Shown here: positions 43,885 through 51,029 of the stretch, piece by piece
Layout of the letters: every line of letters starts with the position of its first letter
Numbering within the stretch: the stretch's first letter is position 1
Assembly (NCBI GenBank): GCA_964534545.1
Contig: CAZHQS010000001.1
Span: 1 to 51,029, forward strand
Source: Candidatus Hydrothermarchaeota archaeon
Lineage (GTDB): Archaea; Hydrothermarchaeota; Hydrothermarchaeia; Hydrothermarchaeales; JAADFM01
Direction: 5' to 3'
DNA length: 51,029 nucleotides
Notes under the pieces: generated by a model
Told to the model about the DNA's origin: nothing
The model's database searches: none
The model's input: the letters and a program-made list of their open reading frames with translations, nothing else
Translations under genes and position numbers: made by a program

Positions 43885-45165
43885 ATGGAGACCAAGGATA
43901 ACTTGGATGACTGGGCGGCCATACCTGAGCTTTCAATCTTCATGGGAGGGGTCAAGGGGTCCACGAGACGGAAGTACAAGGATGCTATTTACAAGTATGA
44001 GCTTTACACGGGGATGAGCGCCAAGGAACTGGTCGACGAGGCCGAGGCTGAACGCAAGAAACCTAGGCGTGAGCAGGGGGCAGTTAAGCGGAGGCTTCAG
44101 GGGTTTCACAAGTGGCTTACCACCGAGTGGGTCCAGCGCGACAGATGGGGCAATCCCAAGAAAGACAAAAAAGGCAACCCCATCATCGGCCTTGGGGCCT
44201 TCAAGGCCAATATGGTGGTGGGCAACATCAAGTCCTTCTACAGCGCCAACGGGTTCCCTGTGAGGTGGAACCCGCCGAAGGCTGCGCCCAAGAAGCAGAA
44301 CGAGCGGATCGAGTACAGCCCCAAGATGGTCCGGCGGCTGCTGAGTGCCCTGAAGAGCAACCGGGACCGGAGCATCGTGCTGACGGGATACCAGGGAGGG
44401 TTTGATTCTGATACTGTGTCCAAGCTGAACCTCGCCGACCTGCCCAAGGGGTTCCTGGCAGAACTTGAGAAGGCGACAGGCGACATTGAAGAGGCCCTGG
44501 AGCGGATCAGGCCCCCTATCCTTTTGCACGTGGTCAGGGAAAAGGAGGGAATAGACTACCACACCTGTCTGGGCTCGGATGCAACCAAAGCCCTTCTGGT
44601 GTATCTCTGGGAGCGTATCCAGGCCGAGGAGGACCTCACTCCCGAGAAGCCCCTCTACACCATCACCGAGTACAACGGTGCCAGGACCAACCCCGAGAGG
44701 AGGATCCGGCCCAACCACATCCACAAGTTCATGAGGGAGGCGGTGGTCAGGGCGGGTATCGTGGACGAGAAGACCCTGGAACACGCAGACCTCAACCCTG
44801 CCGGGTTCCATGCCTTGAGGGCCTCTTTCTCCAGAAGGCTGGAGTATGCCGGGATGCCGGTGGCATATTTCGAGTACATGCAGGGCCACAGCCTGCCCCA
44901 CGGCGGCGCCTACAGGAAGCCGAACCCGAAAAGGCTCCTGGACAAGTACCGGGAGTTCGGCCATGTCCTGGAGGTGAGCGAGACACCACTGACCTACCGG
45001 GAGGTGGAGGAGAACCTGAAAAAGGAGCTGGAGAAGAGGGATTACCTGATAAAGGGCATGGAGAAGAGGATAAAGGAGCTGGAGACCAAGGTCGAGGCCC
45101 TCGCAAAACTCGGCGAGATGGAGACCGAGCTGAGGAAGCTGGTGGAAACAGTCAGGGCGGGCTGA
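43885..45165 (+). mobile_element. tyrosine recombinase / phage-type integrase gene
   Basis: 426 aa from ATG 43885. SAM-like N-domain. Catalytic-domain motifs RDRSIVLTGYQGG, HALRASFSRRL, YMQGHS..GGAYRK. Coiled-coil tail. Confidence 0.8.
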
Positions 45166-45172
45166 AGGGTCT

Positions 45173-45307
45173 TCAGCCGTCGAGGACACCAAGCAGCCTG
45201 CAAAGCTCCACCTGGGTCCTGGTCAGCTTGCCCTCTTCTGCCAGAGCCCGGACGATATCGGCATTCCTCCTGATGAAGGCCACTGGGTCGTCAGCAGACA
45301 TCTCCAT
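45173..45307 (-). CDS. 44-aa ORF next to the integrase (possible small DNA-binding/excisionase-like protein)
   Basis: MEMSADDPVAFIRRNADIVRALAEEGKLTRTQVELCRLLGVLDG. TTTATAAA-like box 24-33 nt upstream (45331-45340). Confidence 0.3.
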   Translation of the reverse strand: MEMSADDPVAFIRRNADIVRALAEEGKLTRTQVELCRLLGVLDG

Positions 45308-45377
45308 TGTTTCACCCGTCAGCGAAGGATGACGGATGTTTATAAAGGGAAAAATCCCCCGGCCCCGGGTGGCCGCT

Positions 45378-47213
45378 TCAGGAGACTTCCCATTCCCCAG
45401 TGACCTTTAAGATGTCTGTTCCGTTAGCTTTGAGTTCCCAGGTGCCGGAAGCGGGGTCGGTGATGGTCATGGCCTTGTAGCCTGAATAGATGCCGTCGGT
45501 GTTCCCTGAGTTCCTGATGATGGTGGCGGTCTGGTTCTCATGAATCATGACGCCCTCGGGGTTGACCAGTCCCATGACAACCCTCGCAGAAGGAGTCGTG
45601 CCGTACCAGTAAACCGCTGCGGTAAGTTTTGAGACCCCACTGGAAACATTGAAGCTTGAAGAGTATTCCCAGACTTCTTCAGGACCGATGGTTGCCTCAG
45701 GTTCCAAAGAAGCGTATTTGCGGACCCTGACATAGTCCAGATAGTGGTATCTCGACCCGCAACTGTAAAGAGGTACTGTGGCCCAGACCCATGTGTTCAC
45801 GTTAGTGTAATCCCCAATGTTATACTCATGACTGCCAAGCATCGCCCCGTTATCATCGAATATTATTCCCTCAAAGGATGTTGAATTCTTTTTTATCAGA
45901 GTGCTTCTGTACCAGCTACCCATCGATAGCTGGGCCAGATTCTCTCTTCCGCTTGTACCTGAGGTGGTCACATATTCCATGTCCCAGTAGGTGTTGTAGA
46001 AGCCTCTACCCCTTACCCCGATTCTGTTGTCAGAGGTTCCATCACACCAGGTGATTCCATTCTCGAAGAGGACGTTCTGCCACCAGATTACACCGGTACC
46101 CCAGCTACTTCCAGTGAATTTAAACCGCGTTTCTATAACTGGTTGGTCGGTTTCACTGAAGCTACCTTTCATTCGCAGGCATCTGTGGTCGGAACAGTAG
46201 CCGCCACAACCGCCGCCAGGGAATTTTATGACCGAGTCAGAGATGGTGTAGGAAACTCCGGATAGGCCGAAACAGCCGTTTTCCCATTTATTGGAATCCA
46301 GACCTGTACCTTCAAAGTCGTCATAGAAGTCAAAGACCTCATCTGGGTTGCCAGTAGAACCTACGTTCTCATTACTGTAGTACATGTAGATGGTGGTGTT
46401 ACCCTGGGGTAGAGCAGGTATCTTCACCCAGACGCTGGCATAGCTTGCGGATGCATAATCCTCTATCCAGTAGGAGAGTTCTCCGTCCTGGGTACTGTTG
46501 ACAAACCGCAGGTCGCTAAAGTCAGGCTGCATGTCGTTGTCATAGGAGACGTTGAGGAGAATCTGGTAGTCTGTGAGAGGATCTCCGGGATTGTGAATGG
46601 TTACAGGACGTTTCCTGAGCCAGGTGGAGTCCCACCAGGGGTCCAGGAGACCATAACCCTTACTCCCCTCAGCTTCAAGCCAGAACTCACCTTTCGAGTT
46701 TATGGGGAAGGTGATGACCATTTTGAGCTGCTTTTTTTCGCCAGGGTTTATTTTTATGTTCTCAAATACCCGTTTCGCCTTGAAATGTTTGGGAACCCGT
46801 TTGGATGCCAAAACAGTTGCTTTGGGCCTTAAAGGAACCCACTTTTCGGTGGTGACCCGTTCTTTATGGCTGCCTGTGATACAGGGATAGCTGACAGAGA
46901 CGGTAGTCCCGTTGGCAGGAATCTCACCGGTGCATGTCCCGTAGTCTTCAACTGTAATTTCTTCTTTTGTAGTCTGGAGTTCATATAGCTCTTTTACCTC
47001 AGCTCCCGAGGCCTCCGGGAACAATGAGGCAAATCTTATAAAATCCGCAGATTTCCCAGTGTTGGTGATGTTTACATACACCACAGCCTGGGTCAGACCA
47101 TAATAAACATCCTTGTCGGTCTCAATGAGGAGGGTCTCTCCTGCAGAAGCGGAGAGGATGTTCATCATCAGTAGCCCAAATATGATAACACCCACCACGA
47201 TTCTAAGCTTCAT
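45378..47213 (-). CDS. secreted DUF2341 + LamG/jelly-roll-like protein
   Basis: Signal peptide. DPWWDSTWLRKRPVTIHN..DYQILLNVSY..DLRFVN..LSYWIE..VWVKIPALP..TIYMYY is the DUF2341 pattern. DDFEG.. begins a lectin-like domain. Confidence 0.7.
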   Translation of the reverse strand: MKLRIVVGVIIFGLLMMNILSASAGETLLIETDKDVYYGLTQAVVYVNITNTGKSADFIRFASLFPEASGAEVKELYELQTTKEEITVEDYGTCTGEIPANGTTVSVSYPCITGSHKERVTTEKWVPLRPKATVLASKRVPKHFKAKRVFENIKINPGEKKQLKMVITFPINSKGEFWLEAEGSKGYGLLDPWWDSTWLRKRPVTIHNPGDPLTDYQILLNVSYDNDMQPDFSDLRFVNSTQDGELSYWIEDYASASYASVWVKIPALPQGNTTIYMYYSNENVGSTGNPDEVFDFYDDFEGTGLDSNKWENGCFGLSGVSYTISDSVIKFPGGGCGGYCSDHRCLRMKGSFSETDQPVIETRFKFTGSSWGTGVIWWQNVLFENGITWCDGTSDNRIGVRGRGFYNTYWDMEYVTTSGTSGRENLAQLSMGSWYRSTLIKKNSTSFEGIIFDDNGAMLGSHEYNIGDYTNVNTWVWATVPLYSCGSRYHYLDYVRVRKYASLEPEATIGPEEVWEYSSSFNVSSGVSKLTAAVYWYGTTPSARVVMGLVNPEGVMIHENQTATIIRNSGNTDGIYSGYKAMTITDPASGTWELKANGTDILKVTGEWEVS

Positions 47214-47216
47214 CCT

Positions 47217-50200
47217 TCATACCTCCTGTGTAACTTTAAACCATTTATAGCCCGGTACCCCTTCGGTGCCGGTAAATCTGGCCTTCAATCGCCAGTAGCC
47301 CGGCAGGGCATCCTGCGGCAGAGGATATTCAAACCGGATTATCCGGGCATCAAGGGGGTCAACCGTTACCTGGAATGCTGACTGGTTGACAACGGAACCA
47401 TCTGGAGCGATTACAGTAAGGTTTACCGTATCGGTTGCCGGGACACCGCCCCAGTTGGCAACCACAACATCAGCCATCAGGGTCTCGCCTGCATGATACT
47501 CTTCGTCGTAGAAGAACACATGCAGGGTTAAAGGTACCTCTGGCTGAACAGTAAACCAGACCATAGAAGAGTTCAGGTTGCCAAAAGTGTCGTTGGCGTA
47601 GATGACAACATTATGAGGACCGGCTGATAGACCCGCCAGGGTTATATTTCCTGTTAATGTCACGTTCGCACCGCCGTCGAGACTGTAACCTATCCAGTCA
47701 ACTCCACTCGCGTCACTTACTGAATAGTTCAAATCGATGGAGGTGGTGCCATATGTCACATTCTCCGGTGAGAATATCGATATCACCGGAGGATACAGGT
47801 CCTCCTTCTCGACTATTACAAAAGGTGAAAGCGTGTTGGTTGTTCCACTAACCTTGTTATTTGCTTTATCAATTGAAGAAGTGATGATCTCCCAATCCGA
47901 TCCGGTCCAGTGTAAAATATCAAGATTAGACTCATTATTTACCAAAGATTCTGTATAGGCGAGGGTTGTAATAACGCTACCAGAATAGCTTGCAGTTGTT
48001 GTTATGTCATGGTAATTGCTAATCTCTAGGTAATCTGAAGGTATGATCCCCCATTGATTAGTAGAACTAACCGAATCCTGGGTGTCACCACTGGCAGTTA
48101 CTGTAGCAAAATTAACCGAATTGCCAGAACCTAAATCTACACTTATATCTGAACCTGTACCAGTATTATGGGTTGTAACACAAACGTCATTTGAAAATAG
48201 GCTTTCGCCCTCACCATTAACAGCAGATACTTCATAGCAGTACTCTGTACCAGGATTTACGCTTGGATCATGATATTGGGATGTTGTTGTAGATGTGAGA
48301 TAAGTCCCACCTCTATAAATTTTATAGGTATCTACATCGTCTGACCTCTCATTATCATTCCAATTAAGATCCACGTAATTATAGCCATAATCGGGTATTG
48401 TTAAACCGGTTGGTGCATCTGGAACCGAAGGGGTGTATTTAAGTTCATCAAAATAAAAATCGGTATCCCCAGTACCCCAACGATAGGGATACCCGTAGAT
48501 ATAGATATATCTTACATTCTTCCAGTCAAAATTGACATCGTCGTCACCTGGTAAATAATCTGAAAAGCTTTTTAGACTTTCATCCTTGAGTTTCCATGAA
48601 GAAGAACCCAATCCAACTAAGGAAGTGGAAACTTTCCTCCCGTTAGAATCCTCTAAACGTAATCTTATATATGCATTTGGCCCCGTATTCATATAATAAA
48701 AACTAATTTTCCCAGAGTCGGTATCAATTGACCATGGTCTTTTTATATATAACCAATCGCTCCCATCTACTGCTTGATCACCAATTTTGAACATCCCTCC
48801 TGAACCAGAGTATCCATTAGAAGTACCATCAACCCACAAATTAATTGTATTGTCTGATTCATAATAAGTCCAATCACCCCACGAGTACCCATTGTTTGTC
48901 TGACTTACGCCTTCTTCATTTGCAAAATCATCGATAGTCCCTGGTGCCGGCGGCGGTGGCGGACAGGTGGTAGTATAGTCCATGCCATGAGCGGCAAAGG
49001 CTTGTTTTATCAAGTTACAGTTTGGAGTTCCATCTGATGGATCACTATTCCCGCCCCTTGACGGGTCGTCGTCTTCCTCTAATAGGGCATTATAATATTG
49101 GTTGGGTGTGTAGTAGCCATCTTGTAAGTAAGTGAGCGCATGCCAAATGAGGTCATCTGTGAAGGCCTGTCCCTTAACCTCTCTGATCTTCCACAAAGAG
49201 CCGGCCACCGGGAACCTGTTCCACTTATGTTTGTGATCTAGTTCATCTACCGAACCGTCCCCATTAAAATCTCTCACTACATTGGTGGCATTGGAAGATG
49301 AGATATCAACATTTCTACTTACAATTTCTCCATAGATCGGGTCATCGTTTATTGAGCATGGAAAATATGTGGGGAGGCCTTCATCCACTGCTGAATTATT
49401 AGCCCAATCCCCCCCAGTGTATATCCAATGATTCTTAGCATCATAAATAACACTGTGAGTAAATTCATGTAATATAACATCGCTGGATTTGGCATAATCG
49501 CCATAAGCCCCGCTAATAAAATACAAGTCCACACCATTATTGTGGTCTGTCCACGACTGGACATTCTCATTTGGAGGATCTAAGGGGTCCATATTCGCAT
49601 GAGCCGTTACAAAGTTGTTATAGTGTGCAAACTCGTTTACGAAATAATCATACCCCCTGTTGATATGATAATAGATGTTCGGTTGGAATCCACCATCATC
49701 GCTGTATTGATAACTATGGGTCAGGTCACCATATGTGTATGTATGGTATCTAGAAAAAGATTCAGCCGGCGCATTGACAACGCTAACGGCATCGTACCAG
49801 GCTTCAGGTGGGTCGGAAGTAAACCGATCAATTTTCAAGGAAACGCCTAGTTGAACTGGACTGGAAACTGTTTTACTGTAATATCCCGAGGAGTCTGTCC
49901 TGGTTTCAAGATTCCATGAGAACCCGTTGTTGATCCATATCCGCTGCCTTTTAAGAGGGACCGTTTTCGTATCATCTGCACTTGCAAGAATGTCATTGTA
50001 AACTGTAGCGGTTATGGTCCCGGATATATCTTCTGCGACAATGTTAGTAGATTTCTGCAATATCAGCCCATCATGAGCATCCACATAGAAAGTCTCCAAA
50101 GGGAGAGGAACGAACCAGGCGAGATGATAATTCATGGTTCTGCCAGATTTCTGGGGAAGAATTACCAGATGTGTTCGATTATAAATAGTTTGGATATCAT

Positions 50201-50789
50201 ATTGAGGAAAAGAGAAATTATAACTTGAATTTGCTATCACAACAGCTAACTCTTTGGTAACGCGAGGTTCGGTTTGGACCGAGACGTCGTATTGGTAATT
50301 GTTTCCAATTGCTCTAACAGTGCCATCTTTTTTAAAAGAGATACTAACCATTGCATTGTGGATAGGAATACCCCGAAAATGCTGCTGATAATTGACGCTG
50401 AAGGACTTTCGATCTTCTGAAATCCCCGCATATTTTAAATTCGAGAAATTAAAATTAAATAATCCGTCGTTATTTTCCTTTAAAAATGAATAGGCAAAAT
50501 TTTTTGCTCCTTTAACGTCTTTCTCCTTAATATTTTTGCCCGTTTTAAAATAGCCATGCAGAGTTCGAACGTGTCCATTGATATCCATATCCCCCCTGTA
50601 AATATCCCCGTATTTAGACTCAAACCTCTGAATAGCATTTCCTAAAACCGAGCTATTTTTTAATGATTTATGATAAATAGAATTATACCTTTCCAGTTGG
50701 GCATCGTCACTACTATCATGCGATGCAAATATGGGGGATATGCAAACTGTGAGCAAAATCATAAAAATCAGCCATATCCGTGAACTCAT
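47217..50789 (-). CDS. 1190-aa secreted multidomain zinc metalloprotease (FTP/PepSY propeptide, HExxH catalytic domain, CBM-like, FN3, Ig-like, CARDB-like)
   Basis: Signal peptide. Propeptide VNYQQHFRGIPIHNAMVSISF. VILHEFTHSV ... AVDEGLPTYF. Calcium-loop-like DFNGDGSVDELD. CPPPPPAPG linker. FN3 PDAPTGL..YKIYRGG..YCYEVSAVN. Confidence 0.75.
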   Translation of the reverse strand: MSSRIWLIFMILLTVCISPIFASHDSSDDAQLERYNSIYHKSLKNSSVLGNAIQRFESKYGDIYRGDMDINGHVRTLHGYFKTGKNIKEKDVKGAKNFAYSFLKENNDGLFNFNFSNLKYAGISEDRKSFSVNYQQHFRGIPIHNAMVSISFKKDGTVRAIGNNYQYDVSVQTEPRVTKELAVVIANSSYNFSFPQYDIQTIYNRTHLVILPQKSGRTMNYHLAWFVPLPLETFYVDAHDGLILQKSTNIVAEDISGTITATVYNDILASADDTKTVPLKRQRIWINNGFSWNLETRTDSSGYYSKTVSSPVQLGVSLKIDRFTSDPPEAWYDAVSVVNAPAESFSRYHTYTYGDLTHSYQYSDDGGFQPNIYYHINRGYDYFVNEFAHYNNFVTAHANMDPLDPPNENVQSWTDHNNGVDLYFISGAYGDYAKSSDVILHEFTHSVIYDAKNHWIYTGGDWANNSAVDEGLPTYFPCSINDDPIYGEIVSRNVDISSSNATNVVRDFNGDGSVDELDHKHKWNRFPVAGSLWKIREVKGQAFTDDLIWHALTYLQDGYYTPNQYYNALLEEDDDPSRGGNSDPSDGTPNCNLIKQAFAAHGMDYTTTCPPPPPAPGTIDDFANEEGVSQTNNGYSWGDWTYYESDNTINLWVDGTSNGYSGSGGMFKIGDQAVDGSDWLYIKRPWSIDTDSGKISFYYMNTGPNAYIRLRLEDSNGRKVSTSLVGLGSSSWKLKDESLKSFSDYLPGDDDVNFDWKNVRYIYIYGYPYRWGTGDTDFYFDELKYTPSVPDAPTGLTIPDYGYNYVDLNWNDNERSDDVDTYKIYRGGTYLTSTTTSQYHDPSVNPGTEYCYEVSAVNGEGESLFSNDVCVTTHNTGTGSDISVDLGSGNSVNFATVTASGDTQDSVSSTNQWGIIPSDYLEISNYHDITTTASYSGSVITTLAYTESLVNNESNLDILHWTGSDWEIITSSIDKANNKVSGTTNTLSPFVIVEKEDLYPPVISIFSPENVTYGTTSIDLNYSVSDASGVDWIGYSLDGGANVTLTGNITLAGLSAGPHNVVIYANDTFGNLNSSMVWFTVQPEVPLTLHVFFYDEEYHAGETLMADVVVANWGGVPATDTVNLTVIAPDGSVVNQSAFQVTVDPLDARIIRFEYPLPQDALPGYWRLKARFTGTEGVPGYKWFKVTQEV

Positions 50790-51029
50790 TTTGACCTCCC
50801 CCTCATAAAAAGTAGTAGAGCAAAAACAATTATCAAAAGTGTAAAGAAGAGGATTGTAAACCCTGAATTTTTTTCACGTTCACCTTGCGATAAAGGCTGG
50901 ATTTCGCTATGGTTTTCTTCTGAAATCGCCGCGATGTTTTTTGATTCGTTTTGGCTACTTTCGTTAATTGCACGTCCGCCTTCGGCTACAATATTCGAAT
51001 ATTTGTCAATTATGGTTCCGTCATGGGCA
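50786..51029 (-). CDS. 3' end of a cell-surface protein ORF with C-terminal TM anchor (PGF-CTERM-like); 5' end outside window
   Basis: The frame is open from the window edge: ...NESSQNESKNIAAISEENHSEIQPLSQGEREKNSGFTILFFTLLIIVFALLLFMRGRSK. The TGA overlaps the next ATG (ATGA). Not in the ORF track because it has no start in the window. Confidence 0.6.
   Translation of the reverse strand, partial: AHDGTIIDKYSNIVAEGGRAINESSQNESKNIAAISEENHSEIQPLSQGEREKNSGFTILFFTLLIIVFALLLFMRGRSK

Overview
A 51 kb chromosomal segment of a high-GC euryarchaeon, probably a methanogen- or ANME-type Halobacteriota lineage; the taxon cannot be fixed from sequence alone. Archaeal identity rests on sn-glycerol-1-phosphate dehydrogenase, the SepRS/SepCysS tRNA-dependent cysteine pathway, RNAP E'/Spt4, KEOPS subunits, RNase P Rpp21, aIF6, prefoldin, and the conserved S19e-PDCD5-PPloop-L39e-L31e-aIF6-LX-PfdA-FtsY block. 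Most of the window is housekeeping, with tightly packed genes and many ATGA/GTGA overlaps. One tRNA-Gly(GCC) is present. I saw no rRNA and no CRISPR array. Five non-housekeeping regions stand out. (1) 6.0-13.7 kb is a signalling locus and my best candidate for an undescribed system. It encodes a kinase-less transmembrane sensor with an EB_dh/DOMON-like outer domain and an H-box whose His is replaced by Asp, two histidine kinases and a REC-CheC-like regulator. These are followed by a 12-TM protein built from three about 135-aa repeats, each carrying an HxH..LGW helix like the heme-ligand helix of cbb3-type oxidases. That gene and the downstream Cys-rich/DUF59 operon each have a copy of the same GAACATGTTC-plus-TATA element upstream. 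(2) A class III RNR homologue appears to lack the thiyl-radical cysteine and the zinc ribbon, and no activase is in the window. (3) A low-GC islet at 37.8-39.7 kb holds a three-gene TumE-like/HTH/unknown module plus VapBC. (4) A tyrosine integrase abuts an orphan 3' fragment of a histidine kinase. (5) A strongly low-GC operon at 45.4-51.0 kb encodes giant secreted proteins: a multidomain HExxH metalloprotease, a DUF2341/LamG protein, and a partial ORF with a PGF-CTERM-like anchor. All family assignments come from reading motifs by eye; no searches were run.
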